Shown: positions 1 to 11,489, counted from the whole stretch's first letter. The stretch is 63,955 nt of DNA, filler included, from Octopus bimaculoides (GCF_001194135.2; 7 parts of 7 records of this genome joined end to end with filler, not necessarily neighbours in it); one strand, 5' to 3'. Notes: generated by a model not told the origin, from the sequence alone. Program-made: numbers and translations.

Positions 1-731
1 TATTATCGCTTGTCGTCGTAGTTTTCGTAAAAGTCTCCCACCTGTCATCACCTCTTTCTTCTTCCTCTTATTTTAATCTATTTCTTCAGCAGTATCTACT
101 CTTCTTCTTCTTCTTCTACACCCCCCCCCACGTATTTATAATTTATCCCTTGTTTCATGTCATTTCTTTTCAATCTTTTTATACAGCACCACGTATATCA
201 TCTGTAAATGTTTTACCGAAACAATTCTTCTTCTTCTTCTACTACTTCTTCTTCTTCTTCTTCTTCTTCTACTACTACTATTACTACTACTAATTCTTCT
301 TCTACTTCTTCCTCCTCATCTTCTTTTTCTTCTTCTTCGTCTATTTTTACACACATTCACAATCTTCAACGCCAACATCTTTGTCAATATCACATACATC
401 ANNNNNNNNNNTTCAACACCAACATCTTTGTCAATATCACATACATCATCACAACAAAACCTGTGAATCCTCATCATTTTCACAATGCAAAAAAATTATT
501 ATAAACATCACTCCATCATCAGCATCATAACATCAGCATCAACACTCCCACAGTAATTTCCTCTCCTCTGCCACATCACCATACTCATTACTGCTCCCAT
601 CCTACCCAACATTATCTACAACACCATCATGAATTTTATCATGATGGTAATCTACATTTCGTATCTTCCATCATCCCATTCTTTTGACAAATATGTTCAA
701 TAAATGTTCTTAACTCAATGTTATGTTCCAG

Positions 732-803
732 GAAATTGCACCGAAATGAAATTAAGAAAATCCAAGCAGGAACCTTCCGAAATCTTTCCAGTTTAATAAC
801 TCT
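732..803 (+). CDS. 72-nt LRR exon, type A (A1): KLHRNEIKKIQAGTFRNLSSLITL
   Basis: ttatgttccAG acceptor, exactly 72 nt, GTGAGT donor at 804; open frame fits the typical 24-aa LRR pattern xLxxNxIxxIxxxxFxxLxxLxxL; phase 2 at both ends. Confidence 0.9.
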
Positions 804-1110
804 GTGAGTTGAATCAACCTACTTCTATCGTATTTCTTTGACGATATCTCACTAAATTCGTAATGTCTTTCTATAGAGGCAATCTATAATTTGTGAACGT
901 GATTGTGGGCCCAAATCTGAGATGTGAGATACATGGGAGCAACCAATGCCATTATCCTCATCATCATCATCATCATCAACCTTATCATCATCATCATCAT
1001 CTAACCCATCATCATCATCAGCGTCTGCGTTCCTAAATGTTTTGGTATTACATTTTATATTTCATTACGAACATGTATACAATTTTTCACGGCTCCCTAT
1101 TTTGTTACAG

Positions 1111-1182
1111 AGATTTGTTTGATAATAATATCAGTGAATTAGGAGTTGGATCTTTTCAAAATCTTCCCAATTTAACGACTCT
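1111..1182 (+). CDS. 72-nt LRR exon, type B (B1): DLFDNNISELGVGSFQNLPNLTTL
   Basis: tttgttacAG acceptor, 72 nt, GTAAGT donor at 1183; open LRR frame; phase 2/2. Confidence 0.9.
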
Positions 1183-2056
1183 GTAAGTTGCATAATTTTT
1201 TTGATTGCCTTTTATTCATAATATAATTCTAAACATTTTATGTCTTTCCATGCTTTCTTTTCTGTCATCCACTCTACTTGACGCACTATATACACTCAGT
1301 CGCTTTCCCCAGGAATATTCAATTCTTTGTAAATGTCTGAGAAGGTGTGTGTGTGTGTATGTGTGTGTGCGTGTGCGTGTGTGTGTGAATATTAGTCTCT
1401 TGCTTTATATATGAGTTTCTGATAATTACTGCATATGATTTTGTGCAAGATTGTGCATATGTCAGTGTGTGTCATGCAGGATGAGTGAACGTACATGAGT
1501 GTATCGACTTCATTTGTACCTCCTTTTGTATATTATTTATTATGTTTACATCTCGAGCAACGCTGATTACCATTCATGGCTCTCCGTTCTAATTATAAAT
1601 TGTGAATGATATTATTTGTTTAGATTTTGCTACACTTTTCAACTTTACTCATATATAAATATCTCTAACCTTCCAACTTTTAATCAATCACTTTCTTTAT
1701 GTCTCTGAAAATATTTCCAGCTATATAAATTCTTCATCATCACCTTCATCAAAATCATCATTGCCATATCTTTCCTCATCAACACCATCACAATAAACAC
1801 CACCACCATCGCCATCATCACCACCATTATCATCACCATCATCATGAACATGAACACTAAAACCATTTTCTTCGACCACCGAATTATCATCAGATCCATC
1901 ACCACCATCACAAACACCACAACCACCACCATCAACATCATTATCATCTACGCCATCATCATCATCATCAACTGCTTTCCTAAATTTTAGGCGTTATATT
2001 TTATATTTCATTACGAACCTGTATACATTTTTTCACGGTTCACTTATTTGTTACAG

Positions 2057-2128
2057 AAATTTGTTTGATAATGATATCAGTGAATTAGAAGTTGGATCTT
2101 TTCAAAATCTTCCCAGATTAAAGACTCT
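2057..2128 (+). CDS. 72-nt LRR exon, type B (B2): NLFDNDISELEVGSFQNLPRLKTL
   Basis: atttgttacAG acceptor, 72 nt, GTAAGT donor at 2129; open LRR frame. Confidence 0.9.
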
Positions 2129-2164
2129 GTAAGTTGCATTAGTTTTTTGATTCTCTTTTATTGA

Positions 2165-2190
2165 CCCTAACCCTAACCCTAACCCTAACC
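2165..2190. repeat. Short interstitial telomere-type repeat (CCCTAA)4
   Basis: ccctaaccctaaccctaaccctaacc read directly. Confidence 0.85.
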
Positions 2191-2261
2191 TCAATCTCCT
2201 TGACGCGTTATATACACTCAGTCGCTTTCCACAGGAATATCGCATTCTTTGTGAACGTCTG

Positions 2262-2314
<53 letters not shown>

Positions 2315-2773
2315 TATCAGTGTCTGGGTTTATGTATGAGTTTTGATAACATAGGCATATGATTTTGTGTATGTGCCTATGTCAACCTATGTCTTTCAGT
2401 ATGAGTGAATGTACACGAGTGTATCGACTTGGTTTGTACCTCTTTTGTATATTATTTATTATGTTTACTTTTCGATCAAAGCTGATTACCATTCATGGCT
2501 CCGCGTTATAATTATATATTGTGCATTACATTATTCATGTTTAAAGTTTGCTACACTTTCCAAATCTGAGTAATATATTTTACGCTTTTCTGTTTCTTCA
2601 TCATTTACTCCTAATGACGTAATATTCATCACTGCTCTCATTCCACCCAACATTATCTACAACATCCTCATGAACTTCATCATGATGGTGGTCTACATTC
2701 TATCTTTTCATCATCGAATTCTTTAGTCACAAATTTGTTCAATAAATGTTCTTTACTCAATGTTATGTTCCAG

Positions 2774-2845
2774 GAAATTGTACGATAATAAAATTAAGAA
2801 CATCAAAGCAGGAACTTTCCGAAATCTTTCCAGTTTAACAAGTCT
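2774..2845 (+). CDS. 72-nt LRR exon, type A (A2): KLYDNKIKNIKAGTFRNLSSLTSL
   Basis: ttatgttccAG acceptor, 72 nt, GTAAGT donor at 2846; open LRR frame. Confidence 0.9.
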
Positions 2846-3018
2846 GTAAGTTGAATCAACTTTCGTTTACAATATTTCTTTGACGATATCTTTCTGAGTC
2901 TGTAATGTCCTACAGATGCAATTTATAGTTTGTGAACGTATGTGAATGTGAGTGTGGACCCATTTCTGAGATGTGAGATATATGGGAACATGATAACTGA
3001 GGGGAAACATTTAGTGCA

Positions 3019-3060
<42 letters not shown>

Positions 3061-4547
3061 TACAGATCTGTATAGATGAATTGCTGTGTGTGTATGTATG
3101 TAGATCGAATCTAAATNNNNNNNNNNTAACATCCTTGAATAACGCTAGTAGATGTTATTCCTCGTCTTCTTCTACTTCTTCTTCGTCTTCTCTTTCCCAT
3201 TCTTCTTTTTCCACTTCTCCTCCTTCCTTATCTTTTTGTCTTCTTTTCTTCTCTTCTCCTTTTATCTTCTCTTCTTTTACCAGTCGCTTTTTTAAAAATC
3301 TTTTTGTACTTCACTCCCTATTCGCTCCTATTCCGTTTTTCTGTTCTTCTGCATGACCCCCCTGCGTCTTACTCTTTTGTATGCTCACCTCATTCCTTCT
3401 CTTCTTAATTTGCTACTACAAATTTTCTCTTCTTCTTCACTCCCCCCCTTTTTCTTCTTCTCCTTCTCCCTGTTGTTCTTGTTCGCCCAATAACTATTCT
3501 CCTTCATCATCTACTTCATTTCCTTCTTGTTCGTCTTCTTATTCCTCGTTTTCATCATTTACTTCTTCATATTCTTGTTCTGTCCCCTTTTCTTTTCTCC
3601 TACTTCTTTTTCTTCATTCCCTGCTATTCTTGTACCTCTCCTACATACCCTTTGTATTTGCTTTCCCGCTCTTTCATCATATGTTTGCTTCGTAAATATT
3701 TGTCTTGCGTAAACCATTTTCATCATCGNNNNNNNNNNNNNNNNNNNNNNNNNNNNNNNNNNNNNNNNNNNNNNNNNNNNNNNNNNNNNNNNNNNNNNNN
3801 NNNNNNNNNNNNNNNNNNNNNNNNNNNNNNNNNNNNNNNNNNNNNNNNNNNNNNNNNNNNNNNNNNNNNNNNNNNNNNNNNNNNNNNNNNNNNNNNNNNN
3901 NNNNNNNNNNNNNNNNNNNNNNNNNNNNNNNNNNNNNNNNNNNNNNNNNNNNNNNNNNNNNNNNNNNNNNNNNNNNNNNNNNNNNNNNNNNNNNNNNNNN
4001 NNNNNNNNNNNNNNNNNNNNNNNNNNNNNNNNNNNNNNNNNNNNNNNNNNNNNNNNNNNNNNNNNNNNNNNNNNNNNNNNNNNNNNNNNNNNNNNNNNNN
4101 NNNNNNNNNNNNNNNNNNNNNNNNNNNNNNNNNNNNNNNNNNNNNNNNNNNNNNNNNNNNNNNNNNNNNNNNNNNNNNNNNNNNNNNNNNNNNNNNNNNN
4201 NNNNNNNNNNNNNNNNNNNNNNNNNNNNNNNNNNNNNNNNNNNNNNNNNNNNNNNNNNNNNNNNNNNNNNNNNNNNNNNNNNNNNNNNNNNNNNNNNNNN
4301 NNNNNNNNNNNNNNNNNNNNNNNNNNNNNNNNNNNNNNNNNNNNNNNNNNNNNNNNNNNNNNNNNNNNNNNNNNNNNNNNNNNNNNNNNNNNNNNNNNNN
4401 NNNNNNNNNNNNNNNNNNNNNNNNNNNNNNNNNNNNNNNNNNNNNNNNNNNNNNNNNNNNNNNNNNNNNNNNNNNNNNNNNNNNNNNNNNNNNNNNNNNN
4501 NNNNNNNNNNNNNNNNNNNNNNNNNNNNNNNNNNNNNNNNNNNNNNN

Positions 4548-5520
4548 CGGAAAGTGCATTTTCGATTTTAACAGTTATTTTTTTTCAAAGCTATAAAGGA
4601 AGTGAAAAACGAGCCTATTCGGCATATTTTGGTTTATGAGTTCAATAAAGGCAACAACGCAAATGAAAGTGCAATGAATAATTATGTACTGTATGGGTTT
4701 CGGTCAATACTGCAATTCCGAGTCGGACACTACAGTCTGGAAGACGAGCCTCGTCATGGAAGATCTTTAGAGCTCGACGAGGACGTTCAGCAAAACTGGC
4801 AGAAAAAATATCATCGTATTTATTGGCGAACTAGCAGAGAAGTTTGCATTTGGTCTTTCAACCATTCATTGATATCTGCGTACCATCAGAAAAGTCGGTG
4901 AATTCGGTCAATGGGTTCCTCACAAATATTTCGCGTCTAAGACAACGAATGTTTGTTTTTCTTTGCTATCACGTGTGACGAAAGAAACATTTTACACCAA
5001 ATAGTAACTGGTGAGGAGAAATATATTCTCTGCAACAATATCAAGCGCCAATAACGATGGAATAGGAATAGGAAAAACACCGACATCCCAGGCTAAAGAT
5101 CTTCATCCACATAAGGTGTTACTATTTGTTTGGTGGGACATGAGTTGTCTATTCCACTTTGAAAATTTAAACCCAAACCGATCAATAACAAAGGATATCT
5201 ACTGGGAACAGCTTGAACAGCTCATGTCAGCTCCAAAAGAAAAACAACCATCTTTGTTATTAATTCTAAAGGTGTTCTTCGATCGGTAAAATGCTCGGCG
5301 ACAAAAAGCGAGGATGACATTCACAAGGCTAAACTATTCTGAATGGGAAACGAAGCTTCACACACCATATCTGCCGGACTTTTCCAGATGTGATTTTCAG
5401 TTATTCTGCAGTCTTTAAAATCATTTGGATGGAAAAAATATGACATTTGTAGACAATTTCACAACAGTACTGGAGGAGTATTTTTCGTTACGAACAACTG
5501 AAATATGGAAGAGGGGGCTT
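4548..5520 (+). mobile_element. Decayed mariner (Mos1/SETMAR-like) transposon
   Basis: Frameshifted transposase: IRHILVYEFNKGNNA..SLEDEPRHGR (HTH), VTGEEKYI (cf. VTGDEKW), KVLLFVWWD (cf. KVMLCVWWD), HTPYLPDF (cf. HPPYSPDL); 3' end truncated into a (CAT)n tract. Confidence 0.9.
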
Positions 5521-5809
5521 TGTAAGTCTAGCATCATTTATATCATCATCGTCATCATCATCACCACCACCATCTGCATCATCATCTACATGAACACTAA
5601 CACCATCATCTTCGTCCACCCAATTATCCTCATATCCATCACCAAAATCACAAACATCACAACCAACACCACGACAACCACCACCATCATAATTATCATC
5701 ATCTACACCATCATCATCAGCGTGTACTTTCCTAAATTTTTAGGCATCATCTTTTATATTTCATTACGAACCTGTGTACATTTTTTCACGGCTCACGTTT
5801 TTGTTGCAG

Positions 5810-5881
5810 GGTGTTGTACAATAATGCTATCAATGAATTAGAAGTTGGATCTTTTCAAGATCTTCCCAGTTTAACGACTCT
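5810..5881 (+). CDS. 72-nt LRR exon, type B (B3): VLYNNAINELEVGSFQDLPSLTTL
   Basis: tttttgttgcAG acceptor, 72 nt, GTAAGT donor at 5882; open LRR frame. Confidence 0.9.
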
Positions 5882-6549
5882 GTAAGTTGCATTAATTTTT
5901 GATTCCCTTTTATTCATAATATAATTCTAAACATTTCATGTTTTTCCATGCTTTCTTTTTTCTCTCACTCTCCTTAACGCAATAAATACACTCAGTCGCT
6001 TTCCACAGGAATATGATATTCTTTGTGAATGTCTGAGGTGTGTGTATGGGTGTGTTGTGTGTGTTTGTGTCTGTGTGAATATCAGTGTCTGGATTTATGT
6101 ATGAGTTTCTGATAATTAATGTATATGTTTTTGTGCATGTATCTGCATATGTAAGCCTGTGTCTTTCAATATGAGTGAATGTACACGAGGGTATAGACTT
6201 AATTTGTATATCTTTTTGTATATTATATATTATGTTTACATCTCGTTCAACGCTGATTACCATTCATGGTTCTATGTTGTAATTGTTTATTGTGAATTAC
6301 ATTATACATGCTTAAATGTTGCAACACCTACCAAGTCAGAGTAATTTATTTTACACTTTTCTATGTCTTCATCATCCTAAACACAAAAGATCCGTCTGCA
6401 TAAATAACTTCTTTTCTATTGATCGTTTCCTTTCCTTCTCCTTCTCCTCTTTGTCTTCTACCACTACATCTTCCTCTTTCTTCCTCCACTACGACAGAAA
6501 GAAAGACTGCGACAACTGCAACAGCAGCAAGGAATACTACTACTACTAC

Positions 6550-7250
6550 TTGTAATAATAATAATAATAATAATTTCATTTATTGGCCACAAGTGCCGAC
6601 GTATAGGGGACAACACCGTAGATGGGAACACTGGGGATTTTACGCAAAACAACGAGTAAACAGTTCCGAAAATAATAACAAAACACATGAAACAAGAAAC
6701 ATATTGCAATGAGATTTCCCCAATGGCTGTGATGACTATCCAGGTTTGGCTCAGGTAAACCCTAATCCTGAACAACCCGATGCTTCGATGGTGCACAGAA
6801 AGGGCGCACCTCTCCTCAAATTCACCAGCGTACAGACGCATCATTAGAGTAGGGCTATTTTGTCTACATTCACACATATTTGAGCAACTACATGGAGGGG
6901 AATCACTTCTGTCTCGTTGCTGATGGTTTTTACCGATGCTGGTGTTTGTTGTTTGTTGTCCTCGTCCTGGCGTTGATAGCAGTGGGAAGCCTTCCAACTC
7001 TTGCACTTTCTAGCAGTTGAGGTTAGAATGCTCGCAGATGAGTAGTTTCTCCACAAACAGAACAACGCGGCCTTTCCCCACTCAGTCATTGTGCAATACT
7101 ATCCCGTTTTGGAGAGGGAGGTTGTCCGGGATTGAAGTTTTCGGGACATGATCTGGAGAAGTATTTCTAGTTCCACTCCGGGCCAGTCCTCCCTGAATCT
7201 TTTGTCCCCTATATTTGGACGGTATCTGACCCTTCCACGATTATGTGTAA
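6550..7250 (-). mobile_element. Probable LINE 3' fragment with (ATT)n tail inserted in an LRR intron
   Basis: Complex, more GC-rich block interrupting the duplicated flanks; on the minus strand it ends ..aataaatgaaatt(att)n. Family not identified. Confidence 0.4.
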
Positions 7251-8424
7251 TGATCGAAATTAACAACATCACCCCATCATCAGCATCACAATATCAATAA
7301 CACTCCAACNNNNNNNNNNNNNNNNNNNNNNNNNNNNNNNNNNNNNNNNNNNNNNNNNNNNNNNNNNNNNNNNNNNNNNNNNNNNNNNNNNNNNNNNNNN
7401 NNNNNNNNNNNNNNNNNNNNNNNNNNNNNNNNNNNNNNNNNNNNNNNNNNNNNNNNNNNNNNNNNNNNNNNNNNNNNNNNNNNNNNNNNNNNNNNNNNNN
7501 NNNNNNNNNNNNNNNNNNNNNNNNNNNNNNNNNNNNNNNNNNNNNNNNNNNNNNNNNNNNNNNNNNNNNNNNNNNNNNNNNNNNNNNNNNNNNNNNNNNN
7601 NNNNNNNNNNNNNNNNNNNNNNNNNNNNNNNNNNNNNNNNNNNNNNNNNNNNNNNNNNNNNNNNNNNNNNNNNNNNNNNNNNNNNNNNNNNNNNNNNNNN
7701 NNNNNNNNNNNNNNNNNNNNNNNNNNNNNNNNNNNNNNNNNNNNNNNNNNNNNNNNNNNNNNNNNNNNNNNNNNNNNNNNNNNNNNNNNNNNNNNNNNNN
7801 NNNNNNNNNNNNNNNNNNNNNNNNNNNNNNNNNNNNNNNNNNNNNNNNNNNNNNNNNNNNNNNNNNNNNNNNNNNNNTGAATCAACCCACGTTTATAGTA
7901 TTTCTTTGACGATATCTTTCTAAACCTGTAATGTCTTTCTGTAGACGCAATTTATAGCGTGTCACCTTCATCTCATTTTACATCTGTTTTTGCTTCTTTA
8001 CCTGTCTGTAGTTCTATTTCTTCCTCTTCTCCACCTTGTTCTACTTCTTCTATTTGTTCTTCCCCTCCCCCTGCACCACCGTCTACTTCTTCATCGTGTT
8101 GTACTTTGTGTTCGTCACCTACTGTTCAGCTTCTCCTTCTCCTATTTTTTTCTCCTTCTCGTTGTTATGGTGGCTGTTTTTCTTCCCTCTTCTCGTCTTC
8201 TTCAGCTTCTCTTCCTTCTTTTCCTCCTTCTTCTCCTCCCCTTCATCTATTTCTTCGTCTTCTTTTTCTACTTATTCTTCCTTCTCCACCACTACTACTT
8301 CTTTCCTTGTTTACTTATTCAAATTTTTTCTACATTTCTCTTTTCTTTTCGTATCGTCTTGTACTGCGTCTGCATCTTTTTCATATTATATTTCTACATC
8401 TCCTCCTCCTCCTCCTTCTGTTTC

Positions 8425-8706
8425 CAAAGGTAAATTATTCAGACCCCAAAGAATTCCCCTCAACACATGGCTGTGATGTTCCCTCACTACTTCTGCTCGT
8501 GATCAGAGATGCACATATCGTCAGCCACCAAGGGACGTGCTCAACTGGTTAAGATCAAACAACTGACAAGCAAATATGTGGTATTAAGCAGAATATTTGC
8601 TGTAGTCCATCTTTTTATACCAAGACAAAACAATGTACATGATAACACTTCCAATCAGTTAAGATCAGAAGCCATGAGAGCCACTGCCTGGAACTGAATC
8701 CGGGCA

Positions 8707-8756
<50 letters not shown>

Positions 8757-8759
8757 TAT
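8425..8759 (+). mobile_element. Retroposon 3' end with (ATT)n tail
   Basis: Complex block interrupting the CT-rich flank and ending in an (ATT)n run; resembles a common octopus interspersed repeat. Family uncertain. Confidence 0.5.
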
Positions 8760-9614
8760 NNNNNNNNNNNNNNNNNNNNNNNNNNNNNNNNNNNNNNNNN
8801 NNNNNNNNNNNNNNNNNNNNNNNNNNNNNNNNNNNNNNNNNNNNNNNNNNNNNNNNNNNNNNNNNNNNNNNNNNNNNNNNNNNNNNNNNNNNNNNNNNNN
8901 NNNNNNNNNNNNNNNNNNNNNNNNNNNNNNNNNNNNNNNNNNNNNNNNNNNNNNNNNNNNNNNNNNNNNNNNNNNNNNNNNNNNNNNNNNNNNNNNNNNN
9001 NNNNNNNNNNNNNNNNNNNNNNNNNNNNNNNNNNNNNNNNNNNNNNNNNNNNNNNNNNNNNNNNNNNNNNNNNNNNNNNNNNNNNNNNNNNNNNNNNNNN
9101 NNNNNNNNNNNNNNNNNNNNNNNNNNNNNNNNNNNNNNNNNNNNNNNNNNNNNNNNNNNNNNNNNNNNNNNNNNNNNNNNNNNNNNNNNNNNNNNNNNNN
9201 NNNNNNNNNNNNNNNNNNNNNNNNNNNNNNNNNNNNNNNNNNNNNNNNNNNNNNNNNNNNNNNNNNNNNNNNNNNNNNNNNNNNNNNNNNNNNNNNNNNN
9301 NNNNNNNNNNNNNNNNNNNNNNNNNNNNNNNNNNNNNNNNNNNNNNNNNNNNNNNNNNNNNNNNNNNNNNNNNNNNNNNNNNNNNNNNNNNNNNNNNNNN
9401 NNNNNNNNNNNNNNNNNNNNNNNNNNNNNNNNNNNNNNNNNNNNNNNNNNNNNNNNNNNNNNNNNNNNNNNNNNNNNNNNNNNNNNNNNNNNNNNNNNNN
9501 NNNNNNNNNNNNNNNNNNNNNNNNNNNNNNNNNNNNNNNNNNNNNNNNNNNNNNNNNNNNNNNNNNNNNNNNNNNNNNNNNNNNNNNNNNNNNNNNNNNN
9601 NNNNNNNNNNNNNN

Positions 9615-9673
9615 AATAAAATTAAGAACGTCAAAGCAGGAACTTTCCGAAATCTTTCCAGTTTAACAACTCT
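9615..9673 (+). CDS. Type A LRR exon (A4), 5' end lost in gap: ..NKIKNVKAGTFRNLSSLTTL
   Basis: 59 nt visible after the N-gap, near-identical to A2, GTAAGT donor at 9674; a 72-nt exon would start at 9602 inside the gap. Confidence 0.85.
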
Positions 9674-9862
9674 GTAAGTTGAATCAACCCACGTTTATCG
9701 TATTTCTTTGACGATATCTTTCTACCATCATCATGATGATCATCTGCCCCGTCATCATCACCACCATCAGCGTCTACTTTCCAAACTTTTTAGGTATCAT
9801 ATCTTATATTTCATTACGAACCTGTATACAATTTTTCACTGTTCATTTTTTTTTTGTTACAG

Positions 9863-9934
9863 AGAGTTGTACAATAATGATATCAATGAATTGGAAGTTG
9901 GATCTTTTCAAAATCTTCCCAGTTTAACGGCTCT
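9863..9934 (+). CDS. 72-nt LRR exon, type B (B4): ELYNNDINELEVGSFQNLPSLTAL
   Basis: tttttttgttacAG acceptor, 72 nt, GTAAGT donor at 9935; the peptide is visible at the end of ORF 9708..9938. Confidence 0.9.
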
Positions 9935-10318
9935 GTAAGTTGCATTAGTTTCTTTATTCCATTTTGTTAACAATATAATTCTGGACATTCAATGGCTTCC
10001 CTTTCGAATCCTCATCTTTTTCACAATGATCAAAATTAACTTCATCCCATCATCAGCATCATAACATCATCATCACCACTCCCCAATAATATCTTNNNNN
10101 NNNNNCATCATAACATCATCATCACCACTCCCGCAATAATATCTTCTCCTCTGCCTCATCATCATCATTCTCAGCACAGCTCCCACCCTACTCAACATTA
10201 TCTACAACATCATCATGAAGTTCATATTGATGGTAATCTACTTTTCATATCATCCCTCATCTAATTCTTTATTCATAAATTTGTTCCATAATTTGTTCGA
10301 CTCAATGTTATGTTCCAG

Positions 10319-10390
10319 GAATTTGTACAATAACAAAATTGCGAAAATCAAAGCAGAAACCTTCGGAAATCTTTCCAGTTTAACAAATCT
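10319..10390 (+). CDS. 72-nt LRR exon, type A (A5): NLYNNKIAKIKAETFGNLSSLTNL
   Basis: ttatgttccAG acceptor, 72 nt, GTAAGT donor at 10391; open LRR frame. Confidence 0.9.
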
Positions 10391-11489
10391 GTAAGTTCAA
10401 TCAACCCACGTTTATAGTATTTCTTTGACGATATCTTTCTAAACCTGTAATGTCTTTCTATAGACGCAATTTTTAGCGTGTCACCTTCATCTCATTTTAA
10501 ATCTGTTTTTGCTTCTTTACCTGTCTATAGTTCTATTTTTTCCTCTTCTCCACCTTGTTCTACTTCTTCTATTTGTTCTTCCCCTCCTCCTCCACCACCG
10601 TCTACTTCTTCATCGTTTTTGCATCGTGTTGTACTTCGGATTCGTCACCTACTGTTCAGCTTCTCCTTCTCCTTCTACTTTTTTCTCATTCTCGTTGTTA
10701 TGGTGGTTGTACTTCTTCTCCCTTCTCTTCTTCTTCAGCTTCTCTTCTTTCTTTTCCTCCTTCTTCTCCTCCTCTTCATCTATTTCTTCTTTTTCTACTT
10801 ATTCTTCCTTCTCCACCACTACTACTTCTTTCCTNNNNNNNNNNNNNNNNNNNNNNNNNNNNNNNNNNNNNNNNNNNNNNNNNNNNNNNNNNNNNNNNNN
10901 NNNNNNNNNNNNNNNNNNNNNNNNNNNNNNNNNNTGTACCTCTCCTACATACCCTTTGTATTTGCTTTCCCGCTCTTTCATCATGTGTTTGCTTCGTAAA
11001 TATTTGTCTTGCGTAAACCATTTTCATCATCGTCTTCTTCATTCAGCACAGCCAACGTCTGCGAGACCAAGCGCTTCTTCTTCGTCATCAAACTTTCATC
11101 CGGATCGTTATGATAATTATTATCATCACCACAATTATCATCATTAATATATTTATTACTGGCAACACCGTTATATCGTTATTAACTGTAATTACATCTT
11201 CCACCTCCTCCTCTACCTTGTCATCATATCAACTATCGTCACCACCACCACCATCATCATCAACATCACCATCATTACCAGTAATATCAGCAGCAGCAGC
11301 AGCAGCAGCAGCAGCGGCGGCATCACCATCATCATCGTCACCGTTTTCTTCCTTATCATAATCGTCATTTTATTTCCTTCTCCACACACATCTACTGATT
11401 TCGCTATAATATTTAATATTTATTTCGAAACCCACTTCTTTTGGATCTTCTCATAAATAATTCAGCTTTTTCAATTCATTGAACTAAAA

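Noticed and set aside
363-450. Direct repeat flanking a 10-N gap (also 10065-10145)
   Set aside because: Typical unmerged contig overlap; likely an assembly artefact.
208-504. Ser/Thr-rich ORF and similar ORFs at 1684, 3018-3712, 7959-8552 and 10478-11361
   Set aside because: Translations of (CTT)n/(CAT)n intronic tracts on overlapping frames; no splice-supported or family signal. A mucin-like stalk exon cannot be fully excluded but is unsupported.
3652-4596. Long ORFs made mostly of X (also 7286, 8756, 20209, 28230, 44620, 47906, 49415, 56136, 59070)
   Set aside because: Read-through of N gaps, not coding sequence.
500-11000. Regularly recurring short conserved blocks that could suggest a CRISPR-like array
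   Set aside because: Units are 72-nt spliced exons with homologous flanks in a eukaryotic genome; there is no repeat-spacer structure and no cas genes.
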